DNA of 48,902 nt from NCBI GenBank assembly GCA_043228905.1, contig JBHGNT010000225.1, positions 1 through 48,902 on the forward strand, in the 5' to 3' direction. Below are positions 35,548 to 48,685 of this stretch, piece by piece (positions within the stretch are counted from its first letter, which is position 1; every line of letters starts with the position of its first letter). Both the position numbers and the translations under genes were made by a program. The notes under the pieces are model-generated. The model worked only from the letters and a program-made list of their open reading frames with translations. It was not told the origin of the DNA and did no database searches. This stretch comes from Azolla caroliniana. Lineage: Eukaryota > Plantae > Polypodiophyta.

Positions 35548-38219
35548 ATGTCTTCTTCTACAAGTAGAACATCTCTTTTTTCTATTGCCCCCTTTTCATT
35601 GTCAGATAACTCGTATTTCTCAATAGAAGAGTACGACCACAAAAAACATTCGCGGCATAAACAAAAAAGTGTGGCTCCTAGTACTTCGAATTCTCTGTTT
35701 TCAATTGATCCTGTTGATGGCCCTCTTCATGCAAGCTTACAAGTGGACGATTCTTCGTCGATAGATAACAATAGCATTACTAAACCTCTAGCATTTAAAA
35801 GAGTTCCTCGACAAGTTAGTGAAAAGAGATTTAATTTCTTATGTTCTGATCGTCAACTTCTATGCGACTTGAACAAATCGTGTTGTGCGAATCTCTGTCT
35901 ATCAACTTATGGAAAGTCAAGGTTACGTGAAACACGACAAAAATACTTGTCGCTTAATGGGGAAGAGCAAGATACATTTCTTCTTGCGCATATGCAACTT
36001 AAATTGGATCACAAAGCAGGGCCTAATTCAACGCAAGTTGAATGTTTCCTTGGACTATATACCAAGTGTTGTCGAGCAGCTTTTAAAATCACTCATAGCA
36101 TTGGAAATATGTGGCTGCAACGAGTTCAAGAGCGACTTCTGAAGGGCTCCTGGGTACAGTTCGATCAAAATGGTTCTGGATGTAAGGGTCAAATTGGGCA
36201 ACAGGAAATTAGGTGGATGGAGGTATATTTTTCAAAACAATGCGAAGTTATGCCAACGACAGGAAGACTTCATTTGTCAGATAACTTTACTCGAAGGGAA
36301 GTTTACCAATCGTACAAGGACGACATGTCTTCTGATGTTGAGCCTTACATACAGTACAGGCATTTTAATCGACTATGGAGGTTACAATTTAATAACGTGG
36401 TTATCCCACGAAAGGTGCGAATGGGAGTCTGCTCAATATGTGCGAGTTTAAAAAGTATGGCCAAGGGTGGAAAATCAGATGTAGAGATCAAGAATTACAA
36501 GAACCTGTTAAAAGAACATCGTGAAAGTCAGGCATTGGAACGTACTAAGGCTATGCATCACCGACAAAAAGCGTTTCAATCTCCCGAAAAGTATATGTGC
36601 ATGATTATTGACGGCATGGATCAAAAGAAAACTTGTTTGCCGCATTTCAAAGACTCCCCAAGGATATTGGAGATGAGTGTCTCGTGCAAATGCATCTAGT
36701 GGGTTGTTTGACATACTGTCAAACTATAAGACCGCAAGTGTTCTTAACTTATCCCAATATCCACAACGACCCTAATCTTACTGTCACTGTCATGCACAGG
36801 GTATTGCAATCATGGTCAGGTATACTCCCGCCAGTTCTATATGTGCAACTAGACAACACAGCAAGAGAGAATAAGAACTCAACTGTCTTCGGCTATCTAA
36901 GCATGCTAGTAGAGAGGGGCATATTTAAAAAGATAAAGGTTAACTTCTTGTTGGTTGGTCATACCCATGATCACATAGATCAAATGTTCAGTAGGTTCTC
37001 AAAGAAACTTGCTCGCTGTAATGCTTTCACACTTCCCACGCTATCCAAATTGATTAGTGAAGCATATACACCAAAGCCTGAAGTACAACACTTGGAAGAA
37101 GTATACGACTTTAAACGTTTCTGCATAGATAGTGACGGGACTAAAGGTAGGGTGCTTGCACCTCTTAATAATATAAGTTTCAACCATGTCTTCCTCATAA
37201 AACAAAGATCGGCCCACCTGAAGATGACGGTGTTATTTGCGAAACAATACTCATCTAGTGCACAATGGGAGCCCCAAGAAGGTTGTACGCTCCTTCTTCA
37301 TATCCCAGATGAACCTCTACATGGTGCACAACAAATGCCATATGATGATCGTAAAAATGTAGCACCAAATAGTACTATTGATGAACAAAGGGCATATTGG
37401 TTGAGATGTCTAGCAGAGAAACAAAATAATATTGATCGGACTAAGAAGTATGCCGGTGATGAGGATGTTGAATGGTGGGAGATTTTCTTCACCCATCAAC
37501 GCACCATTTTAGATAATTACATCGCCGGTTTATGGCCAATCCGTATCCCATTCACATGGAACATTGGGATGACATCAACGATATCGCAGACTCATCACCA
37601 ACAATCGAATAATATGGAGCTTCATGATTTAGTTCGGCCATTGCAAAGAGATATTTATGTGGGACCAAGAAAGTCATGTACTGTTGAGGCAAGATGGCAA
37701 GGTAATTTGCAAGAACTACAAGTGGGAATGTTGGTTGCAACATTAGCAGGGGACAATACCTTGGGCCATCCATTTTGGATTGCAAAAATTATTGAATTAG
37801 TAAGGGATGAAGAAAGTAGTCAGACAAAGTCAATAGTAGTCCATTGGTATCAGACAAATTCAACTGATGCATTTACAGGAAAGTATTCTTTAGAGATGGT
37901 TAAGGATGTCAGATGTTCAAGCAGAAAGAGAAGAAGAAAGAATATACCGAGCACGGCTACTCTCGCACTAGACCGTGTTGACATACTAGTATATGACTTC
38001 TCATTGACAAAATCAGGTCATCTAAGACAAGCAACTATCAAGATAATAAAGGAGAAAATCCCAAACATGGTGTCAAACGAAATACAGAGAATAACCAGAA
38101 GCAATTCTCATAACCACAAAGATGTTGGGTTGGAATTGGATGAGGATAATGCTTTGATTGCCACTGATGATGAGGATGAGACGTCAAAAGGCTCTTCTAG
38201 TCCATCAGACATGTCTTAA
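35548..38219 (+). pseudogene. Sola1-like DDD transposase (about 890 aa) with a single 1-nt frameshift near 36645
   Basis: CSIC, IIDGMDQKKTCLPHF/QRLPK, LYVQLDNTARENKN, FLLVGHTHDHIDQMFS. ORFs 35548-36699 and 36633-38219 join if one base is restored. Confidence 0.85.
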
Positions 38220-39919
38220 TATATTGGTTTGGTTCAAGCTGGGGATTGTTTTACTACATGATCGGAAACTTTGTAAATTTGTTTTGGATGTAAACTCACG
38301 AATATGTATAATTGTAACTGGTAGACATGTTGTACATTATTTTGTAATTTTGGTGATGTATTTTTGGAGGCATTTTACTTATGACTCAAAGTGGTAGTCA
38401 TGTTGAAATTCAATATATTTTGCCACCTTTTCTGAAAAGCTTTGCGCATGCGTCGTGTCTTTTTGAAAACTGCGTGCTTTTGTGCCCTTTTTCGACGTAG
38501 TGTTCTCATAATGCAACATATTACCTGTTTCAAATGACCCGGTGTTTTTTATACAAGTCCATAAAGGACTGATAGGTACTTCAATGCTCACACGAGCAAC
38601 TGTCACTAACTCCCAAAAAATATGCCTACATACTAGGCTAGATCCGTAGGCCTTTAATGGCCTACCAGTTTCAATCTGATCTGGGTCTCCGATCCCGCTC
38701 TTGGTTCCGGATATCATCCGGACACCGATCTGGTTCTCCATTCTGGATACTGATTCGGCTCTGGCTTATTCAGCCGATCTAGATCCGGTTGAGCTTGCTC
38801 GCTCAACACTCCCCCTCATGCTCAACTAGAGGTCAGATCGTGTTGTCAGTGTCTGCAATAGCCAATCCTTTCCTCCGGCTCCTTCTGATGTCCTCCCGCC
38901 TTGCTCGCGCTCCTCATCCGGTCCGATTCTGCTTCCCACGACCCGTCCGGTTCTGCGCACCTCGTCCTCCTTGGTCGGCTTGTTTGCTCAGCAGGCCCAT
39001 CTCAGCTCCTTCGTTGCTACGACTCCGGCGCTTGTCGACCCATTGGTTCCTCCGTGTGGGTGTCGACTTCCGTTGCCTTCTCATCCGCTTCGTCTTTAGT
39101 TGATCCGGATCTTCCGAATCCAACTGTTGAATCGAATCGGCTTCCTCCGATTCATTCCAGCTCTTGTCCGAGTTGGTAGTCTCCAACTTGTCTTCCGTTT
39201 TTAGGCCCTTCACCACATCGAACCACGTCCGGGTCTTGGCCTTCTTCCGGTCGTCTTTGTCCTTCTTGACTCTGCCCCTGTTGCCGTTTGCTCCAACTTG
39301 TTCGGATGTGCCGACTCCTTTGGTCGGCTCGACTTCCTTTATCTACTCATCTCCCCCATTGGTTCTTTCTTCCTCTCCGGTTCCTTGTTCAGTGCCATCC
39401 GTTCCCGTTCCTGTTCTCCCTCTCAAGTGCGGCACATCAAGATGCTGAATGTCGAGCATCTCCGAAAATGTTGCAACTTGTCTAATCCAAGCGGCTTGGT
39501 GAAGATGTTGGCAACCTACCGATCCGTGTGAACATACCGAAGTTCAACTTCACTGCTCAGGACCCGCGCACAAACAAAGTGATAATGCACTTTAATGTGC
39601 TTTGTCCGAGCATGGAATACAGGGTTCTTGACAAGTTGTATGCTACTTACGTTGTCACAATAAATCAGGATCAGGGTCGACACCTCAATCTGGAGGTCTC
39701 GCAACAGTCGTCGAAGCTAGATGGCTTCACAGGTGGCAATGGTAACGCCCCGGTATTGAGCCTCAATGCTCGACAGAGCCACTGTTGGCTGCTTTTGGCT
39801 GCTCCACGGAACAACCGCGCTACCAAGAGGAAACATGTAACCGGAGGTGGATCGGCGATCCGATGCATCACCAGCCCAGTCGGCATCGGTATATCCGACT
39901 AGCTTCCGAGCTATACCGT

Positions 39920-40928
39920 TATCGTGACGATTCTCGTCCTTAGCGAGAAAAACGGGAATAATGGGAACATCGGCGGGGTGCGGCATGGGCACCCACCCTT
40001 GTGTATACGTGCAAAATAATAGGGGCGCCTTTATGGCGCTGAATAGGAGTTAATTCGGGACAAAGGATCCCAGGTAAAGCGGGATTTATCCCACATTGTT
40101 ACGCATCCCTCTCCTTGTTCTATAAAAGGAAGGGAGCGCCCCTTGTAAAAGGGTTCCCACTTGTGGGTTCCATTTTGCCTCTTATTAATAGGATTTTGTT
40201 TCCTATTCGGCTAGGGTTCTTACTCATCTCTGTGTATCACTTGTGTCAAGGAGAGGAAGTTAGGGTTCCTTCTTTTCGGTCTCTATGTATGTTGTCTCTC
40301 TACTCCGCATTTGTGTGTGTGTGTGTGTGTCCCTGTTGTCCCGCGGTGTTGTTGCTCAAGTTGAACCCGTGTGCTCGAAGGTTCTGTGTCGAGCTCCCCT
40401 CTCCGTCATGCAAGGCCCCACTCATGTGGCGAGCCCGTGTGCTCCTGATTGGCGGCTTGGCAACGAGAGGTTGTTGCTAAGGTCTGTGTGGAGCCGGCGT
40501 TGTGTCGAACGCCGCGTACATATGCGGGTGTGTGTGTCCCGGGAGGCAACGTAGGTCTTAGAGGTCTGAGTGTGGGTGTGTGTGTAGTGAACCAGTTTAG
40601 GTGCGTCGGTCGTAACCAATGTATATAGGCGTGTGTGCATGCGCGCAGGTGCAGTTAACCGGGCCGTGACCCGTGCCTCTTTTGAGGCCCTTGTACATAT
40701 GGGCAGGAGGGCCGCGTGGATATGCGCGTGCGCGCTCTTCTTTCAACAGTCCGAGTCGCTTCTAGGACATATTCGGAACCGTCCCGATCAACCATTCCCG
40801 AACACCATCCGGAACCAATCTGGCCGGCAGCGCGACAGGCTCTGTAGGAATCGGCCTTACGGATACTCATCCCCTCCTGGTCCATGATCCTGGTGGTCCC
40901 GCCCAGATCCAACATGCAAGTGCGGATT
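39920..40928 (+). mobile_element. Solo LTR of the TGTCGTG lineage at the RT/RNase H junction of the second copia; right end eroded
   Basis: CCGT then TATCGTG at 39916-39926; TATAAAAGG near 40121. The 3' end resembles 19370-19430. The right TSD is lost. Confidence 0.75.
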
Positions 40929-41780
40929 ACCAGTATGACAGTCCTCGGTCCTTCGTGCCAATAACATATCGAAGTATCCGGTGTGGGCACTGAAGGTGCT
41001 CGACGGTCAGCTTCTGCATGAACTGGTTGATCACTCCGACCGGATAACTGATGTCAGGTCAAGTGATTGTCAAGTATATGAGGCTTCCGACAAATTTTCG
41101 GAACCATTTCTCATCGCAGGCCGGTCCAAAGTCGGGAAGTAGCTTTAGGTTCCGATCCAGGGGTGTGGAGATCGGTCGGCATGTTGTCATGCCGAACTTG
41201 TATAGCATATTCAGCATATAGTGTCTTTGTGAGAGCAATATCTCGATCCCAAGAAAATAATGAAGGTCCCCTAGGTCCTTCATTTCAAATGCGTCCAACA
41301 ACTAGGACTTCACTCTGCCGATTTCATCCAGTCTGGGTCCGGTGATGACTAAATCATCAACATATAGCAAGATACAGACCGTACCATCCGAACCTTTCCA
41401 GATGAAGAGTGACAAGTCGGACTTTGAGACCTCAAACCCCATCTTACGCAACCGGTGCGTGATCTTCACATTCCAAGCTCGGGGGGCTTGCTTCATATCG
41501 TAAACCGACTTCTTGAGACGGTACACTGTCGACTTGTTCATCTCCGATTGGAATCCGGGGGGATGGATCATATAGACCCGTTCTTTAAGGACACCTTGAA
41601 GAAACGCATTCTTCACGTCCATTTGGTGAAGATGCCATCCCCTTGCCACAGCAACAGCTAGTACCACACAAACCGTCGTCATCTTTGCTACCGGAGCGAA
41701 GGTCTCGTTGTAGTCGATTCCGTGGGTCTATGTGTATCCCTTTGCAACTAACCGGGCCTTGTATCGGTTGACCGAACCGT

Positions 41781-41841
41781 TGTCGTGTTGTTACGCGCGT
41801 GCGTGTAGAAAGAGGCGGGACCACGGGGGTCTCGGACCAAG

Positions 41842-41874
<33 letters not shown>

Positions 41875-44800
41875 GTACACACAGAGAGATTAAGAGCAAG
41901 CAAAACAGGAATCTGATTACTATAGTCAATAGCTTATAACCGGCAACCTGGTAATGGACCCGACACGGGTCCTACTCACGCACACCGATGACAGCCACAC
42001 GACTCGAAGAAACAAAACGGGAAGGGGAAGGAGAGAGAGTCTGTTGGAAGCACACGGGCTATCCACGAAGCAGAGGCAGCGAACTCCCGACACCCGCAGA
42101 GAACGACAATTTGAGGAGAGAGAGAGAGACCGGCACTCGGTTCTGCAGCAGCACTTCGTCCTCGCCAACGCGCGATCCCCACTCTCTTCCTTCTCTCCTC
42201 TCCTTAAATAGTTTCCAAAAGGCGGTGCGCCTTTCCCTAGTCAAATTGCTTTATTCCCTGTCCCTTCTGACAGAGATACGCACAATCCCTCCTAATAAAT
42301 GTGCACTACTTAGTATTTACATCAGTGGATCCATTTATGAATCAATATCAAAATATCAATTCATGCGCCCATCCGTGTAAGAGCCGGTTCATGCGCCTTT
42401 TTGCCCGAATCCGCCTATGGCCGGTTTTCTTCACGACATCCGTTCCCACCAAACCGCACATCCACCGGCATGCGCCAGAGACGGGTCGATACCGAAGAAA
42501 ACCGGCTTCAGTCGGCGCTCTCTGATTCTTTGTCGGGCCCAAACTGATCATCGTCGTCGCTCTCGTCCATACCGTTTGGGTCCAGCTTGTCCTCGAACCG
42601 CTTCTTGAACGCTTTGATCCGCTTCTCGGCCACCGGTACTGCTAGCTGTGTCCCGTCAAGTTCCACGAGGTGGTACGTGCCGTTGTCATTCGCGCTCGTC
42701 ACCGTGTAGGGCCCGAACCATCTCCTTGCGAACTTTCGCACCGCCTTGTGCTGATTGTCAAGGTTGTTGTTGTATACCAAGACCCAGTCGCCTTCCTCGA
42801 TCTTCTTTGGTCGCAACCGGTGCGTCCGGTTGAACCTGGTCTTGTTCCGCTCCCTTGCCGCTCGCAGCTTTTCCTTCACCCGTTTCACGTCCGTCGGCCT
42901 CCGCTCGAGTTGCCAAATCCGCGCCGCCAGCAACTCCTCCCGGCTCATCTTGTCCTTCCAATCTACCGCCGCCCATGAAGAAACCGTTCGTTCCACCGAC
43001 ATGATCGGCTTCTGTCCGTACATCAGCTCTGCCGGCATAAACCCTGTCACCGAACTATGCGTAGTACGGTCCGCCCATTATGCGTAAGGAAGGAGCCGCG
43101 GCCAATTCCCGACCTGCCTTCCGCATGCACGCACCAACGCCTTTACGATTGGCCCGTGCCCACGATCTACCTTCCCGTTCGCCTCCGGATTGTACGCCGT
43201 AGTGAGGGAGAGTTTGACGCCTAGTCGGTCGAACAGCTCCTCAGCTTCCTGCGCACACAACTCTCCCTGGTCCGCCACGATCCTCCCGACGCACCCATAC
43301 CGACACACTACTTCTTCGATCAGGAACCGGCATACCGCCGCGGTTGGAAGTGCACAGCCTTCCACCTGGTTCGTTAAGTCTTCCCATGCAAACACCATGT
43401 ATCGCATCTGTCCCACCCCCATCGGCATCGTCACCAAGTCCACCATCCACTTGAAATGGACCGTAGGCGGGTAGGTCGGGTGTAGCTTGTCCCGGTGTCG
43501 AACTATGGAATGCATCTAACAGGTTTCACAAGTCGTTACGAACCGATGCACGTCCTGGTACAGCCCCAGCCACAAGTACTTCTCCTTTAGCTTCTCGAAC
43601 GTGGCCCACGTTCCGCGGTGCCCAACCCAGGGACTCTCGTGAAACGCCGCTAGTAGTTTCTCCTGTTCTTCTTTCTTTGTCACTACTCAGAGCGGGATGT
43701 CGTTTCTCTTCTTTGGGTGCCTCCATATGCACTTGTCCCGCAGAAAGAATCGGTGCGCCTTCTTCCGTACCCGACTCGCCTCTTCTCTCGTCCATGCTGC
43801 GTCCGGCGTCATCGTCTGTAGGAACCTCCCAATTTGGAGCCACTCCCCGTCGTACCTGCTTTCGTCAAATTCGTTAACCGCCGGAGTGTCCCCTTCCTTC
43901 GTTGTCACATTAACCGACCCGAAGAAGTCCTCGCCGACTTCTTCGTCATCCGAAACCATGCCGTCTTTGTCGTTGAACCATGCTCTCGAAAGCATGTCGG
44001 CCATGGCGTTATCCTTTCCGGAGATGTGTCGTATCTCTGGGTTCAAGGACTTAATGTACGCTATCCACTGAAGCATTGCTAGGTCCGGCGTCACGCATCC
44101 GGAAACCATGCCGAGTATCGGCAGGCAGTCCGTCTCGATGATCACCTCCGTCCCGATCAGATAGTCCTTGTCGGCCTTGACTGCTGAAATGATACCCCAA
44201 AGCTCACGCTTAACTTGGGCGTATCCTCGTAGCCGCTCGCTCAATACCTTCGCCCCAAACAGGATCGGAAATCATACGCCGTTCTTGTCCTCCTAACTGA
44301 TTACCCACCCGATCCCGGTCGGGCTCGTGTCCACCGTCACGCAAATGGGGACACCCTCGTCGTAAACCGCTTTACGGTGGGCCGGCGCTACCGTAAGCGC
44401 CCCCTTTAGTCTCCGGACTGACTCCGTGTACTCCGTCCTCCACTCGAACCCACGCCCTTTTTTCAATAGCCCGTAGAGAGGCTCTGCAACATGCACGTAG
44501 TGCGGAATCCAGATGTGGTAGAACGCGCATGCTCCCAAGAATCTGCGGATCTCCGTGACCGACCTGCAATCGTCGTGCATCGCTGAGATGGCCTCCACCT
44601 TTGCCGGAGACGGTTTCCTACCGTAGGGCCCGCACAGGTGTCCGACCACCAAGATCTCCGACTGCCCGAACGCCGATTTTTCTCCAGAGAAGGTGAGTCG
44701 TGCGTTTTCGAGCTTCTGCAGCACCTTCTCGCAGTCGTTGATGTGGTTCATGAAGAACCTCTTTGCATCCATCTGGCTCGACAGTCTCGTCCGCGTCATC

Positions 44801-47222
44801 CACCGGACACCCCTTTATCGGGATGTCGTCCAAGAATGGCATGGCGATGTCCGGGATGCAGTCCCTGAGCACCTTGTTCCGTACTATACATTTCCTACCT
44901 ATGGTACAAGTCTTCTTCCGTACTATACATTTGTGGGGTTCTTCCCAGGTGTCCGGACTATCGTGGCCCCACGCCTTGATAGCCCTCTCTAAAAATCCCC
45001 TCGAGTTTCGCCGCCGAGGGCCTCGCGATAACGCTCATGGTTGGGTCGCACCGTCAGGAACTGGACCAAGTGACGCTCGTCCTGGCTCTTGACTCTTGCA
45101 TGGGCCGAATCGTTGTCCAGCACCTTGGTCTCCATCCGTGCCGCCGTGATGGCTCTCCTAGTATAACCGGATGCGAGGACGTATCCTGCACGAAGAAGTG
45201 TTGGTTGATCTCGACATCGCCGATTTTCACCCATACGTTCGGACAGGCCCCATGTAGTTCTTCCGTGGCACGCATCGCTGCCCGTATTTTCCAGCCATGC
45301 TTGGTGTTGATCGGCCATTTACCCCTCTTGTAGAAATCCATGGACATCAGGTTGATTTCGAATCCATGGTCTACCAACGCCACCACCGGTTCCGGAACGT
45401 TGCCGATCCGTACAGGGGTTTCCGTAGTTGCCCTGGCCCAATGCGGCTTCGTGTAGTGGCTCCTCGCCAACTCATCCTCTAGGGCTGCGTCTTCCAAGTG
45501 CGTGGTCCACACCTCCACCGGCTTCTCCGGTTCCGGCTCCGTCGAGAGCCTCTTCCGCTTCACCAAGAATACGATAGAGTCGTGGAACTCCCTCTTGGCG
45601 ATTCCCACCACCTCCCGCAATGACAGCTCCAGTTTACTATCCAGGATACGCTCCTCCAGGAACTTTCGCAGGTCTGTGGTCCTTTCGATTTCGGTGCTCA
45701 ACCGAAACCCAGCCTGCTTCTTTCTGTCCGGCGCGCCTGGGTTGCCGGCACCGGTCGGTTTCGGTCCGAACCGGGTCTCATACCTCTGCGGGGGACCGAC
45801 CCCTCCGGCCTTTCCTGCCCGTTTGTTCTCCACTAGAACCTCGTAGTTCTGGCAAGTGGCTTCTACGAAGCCCGTTTTCTCTTCGACCGAATCGTCCCAA
45901 CCGGTGACCTCCTAGACCCTCTGCTCCGCGCAGTCCGCCTCTTCCTTCTTCAGCCGAACTCCGGAGAGGCCTTCTAGCACTAGCGGCCAGAATCCGGAGT
46001 CCTTCACCTTACGGGTCTCATCACCCCCGACCCGAATTCCCGCCGACATTGAGTAGTTAACGGCTTCAACGTGCCGTGCCGCGGCCTCTTCCATCAACCT
46101 CTTCATTCCGCCGCGCCCCGTATTTAGTTCTAGGGCTCTCCAAGTCTCCCTCGCGTGCACCCGCCCGTTCCAGAGGTACACCACGTTGATCCTGAGCGTG
46201 TCGTCGAAATCCGCGCAATCCTTCCTAATGTGACCGATCGCGTCACACCACATGCACCACTGCCTAGCCGACAGCCTCCGGTCGCGAGGTTGTTCGCCGC
46301 TGTCTCTCCGGGCCTGTGCGATCTACAGGTCGCGCACCATCTGTGTCAGCTCCTCCAGAGCCGCTCCTCCAGATGGGCCTCTGACCACGTCCTTCGATGC
46401 CGACCCCAACTCTGGCCAAATTTGGGTCTCTTCCTTCCTACCAGCCGGCACCGATATTGGCTCCTCGAGCCCCCTCCCCGGGACCGGCCCCGACCCCGAC
46501 AAGCTTCCGTCGCTCCAATCGCGTCGTTTGTCGAAACAGTTGCAAACCCGTTTTACCACGGCCCAGTCTGCCGTGAGCCCTTCGTCTGTTTCCAATAGGG
46601 GACTCACCTTTTCCTTGTCGAGTGCGTCCGCCAACTTGGCAAACAGTAGTACTCGACTCGTTTCGAGCACCGTCCGGTCCAGCGTCGACAGCCACGCAAA
46701 CCGTTTCCCGAACTCCTGGAGGAGCACCAACGTGTTCCTCCCCTTTCTGGGGCTTTCCACCCACGCCATGAAGTCCCGCCTCGACAGCCGAAGTGAGTCA
46801 TCAAACCCGTACTTCTCGAGGAGCTACAGCTCGAACTCCTCCCAAGTCTGGCATTCGGCCAGCACCTCGAGCACCTCCGCGTGGATGCCCGGCGTCACCA
46901 CTTGAGGGAATTCGGACAGCCGCCTGTCCACCGAGATATCCCTCATGATCATTTCGTCCCGGTAAGCCTCCAACTAACTTGTGGCGTCTTTCCCTCCGAA
47001 CCGGCCTATAGAGCCGACAATCGATTCAATGGCTTTGTCGAGGGTACCCGTCCCCTCACGAGCGCTTACCAGCCGGTTGACGGCTACCGCCATTGCCTCT
47101 GCTAGCTCCGATCCCCTCATCTTTCGACTCCTTTGCCGCCCATTTCACGTCGGGTTCACCAAATATGTCGCGTTGTTACGCGCGTGCGTGTAGAAAGAGG
47201 CGAGACCACGGGGGTCTCAGAC

Positions 47223-47275
<53 letters not shown>

Positions 47276-47843
47276 GTACACACAGAGAGATTAAGAGCAA
47301 GCAAAACAGGAATCTTATTACTATAGTCAATAGCTTACAATCGGCAACCCGGTAATGGACCCGACACGGGTCCTACTCACGCACACCGACGACAGCCACA
47401 CGACTCGAAGAAACAAAACGGGAAGGGGAAGGAGAGAGAGTCTGCTGGAAGCACACGGGCTGTCCATGAAGCAGAGGAAGCGAACTCCCGACACCCGCAG
47501 AGAACGACGATTTGAGGAGAGAGAGAGAGAGAGACCGGCACTCGGTTCTGCAGCAGCACTTCGTCCTCGCCAACGCGCGATCCCCCCTCTCTTCCTTCTC
47601 TCCTCTCCTTAAATAGTTTCCAAAAGGGGGTGCCCCTTTCCCTAGTCAAATCGCTTTATTCCCTGTCCCTTCTGACAGAGATACGCACAATCCCTCCTCA
47701 TAAATGTGCACTACTTAGTATTTACATCAGTGGATCCAGTTATGAATCAATATCAAAATATCAATTCATGCGTCCATCCGTGTAAGAGCCGGTTCATGCG
47801 CCTTTTTGCCCGAATCCGCCTATGGCTGGTTTTCTTCACGACA
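41781..47843 (-). mobile_element. Ty3/gypsy without chromodomain, both LTRs present, tRNA-Trp PBS, partial RT deletion
   Basis: LTRs 47166-47843 and 41781-42438; TSD CCGT (41777-41780, 47844-47847). PBS at 47144-47161 (TTCACGTCGGGTTCACCA on +) matches the plant tRNA-Trp 3' end as I recall it. Order gag (CxxC..H), PR (LVDHG), RT (FLDD), RH (VDTS), INT (AYNPEANG, GPY). Confidence 0.95.
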
Positions 47844-48685
47844 CCGTCGGCATTGTACTTCACCTTATATACCCATTTGCAACCGATCGGTTTACACTGT
47901 CAGGGAGGGACAACCAGGTTCCATGTGTCGTTGGCATCAAGTGCCTGCATTTCTTCCTCCATAGCACCACGCCAATTTGCATCTTTTGTTGCTTCTGCAT
48001 AGCTCTCCGACTCACGCACGTCCGCCACCTTAGTCATGTACGCATAGTGATGCACCATGTACTCATTGTATCCGTACCTCTGGCGGGGTTCTTCTGGCGG
48101 ATTGAGCGGGGTAACTTTTTGTTAGCCAGTTTGAGGCCCTTCTTGGCCGGTTCGTACTTCCTTTCTAAAGATCTTGCCTTCTTCCTTTCCGGGGTCAGAT
48201 TCTCTCTGATCCGACCCTTCACTACCGGTATCATATTCCGGCATCTTCTTCTTCCCCTTCTCTTTGCGTGTGAACCGACTCCTTTATCTTAGTGGTGTAG
48301 TCTGTAACCGACATATCTCTTTGTCGGATGTTGTTCAGCTCTTGTCGGAGTTGCAACTTACAAGATGTGGTACTCGCAGCGAAAATCTTCCGAAGATTTT
48401 CCCAAGCCTCCTTTGGTGTTTTTGCATCCTTGATGTAGCCGAGCATCTGATCGTGCACACCGGACGCGAGGTAGTACAATACTCAGCTCGCTCCTTGCTC
48501 CCATGCCGGGAAGTCTTTGTGTGTCAGCTCCGGTGCTACCCTGTTGATTCCTTCCACATAGCTCCAATATCCATGCCCCAACAGGTACTTGTGCATTTTA
48601 TATGACCAGGATGCATAGTTGCTCCGGTCGAGCTTTTTTGTCAGAAGTGAACTCGTCATTCCTCTGTCCATCTTAGGTTCTCTTC

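Larger units (their letters stand above)
30869..38546 (+). mobile_element. Complete Sola1-like DNA transposon (7678 bp) carrying a ParB-methyltransferase gene
   Basis: TIR AACACCGGGTCATTTGAAACAGGTAATATGT (31 bp perfect; 37 bp with 2 mismatches) at 30869-30905 and 38510-38546. 4-bp TSD TTTT; the empty site GAGCACTTTTATACAAG is seen in the sister LTR near 24127. Confidence 0.92.
30652..48685 (-). mobile_element. Second Ty1/copia of the same family, with nested insertions; INT/PR deleted, 5' LTR not in window
   Basis: 3' LTR split into 30652-30868 and 38547-38808, homologous to 23937-24319, followed by a PPT at 38809-38817. RNase H about 39480-39910; RT about 40930-41780 and 47844-48060. gag MDRGMTSS starts at 48671 and joins the linker directly near 48280. 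Confidence 0.88.

Noticed and set aside
42508-47330. Many overlapping plus-strand ORFs in the GC-rich gypsy
   Set aside because: They are antisense shadows of gag-pol with no recognisable motifs.
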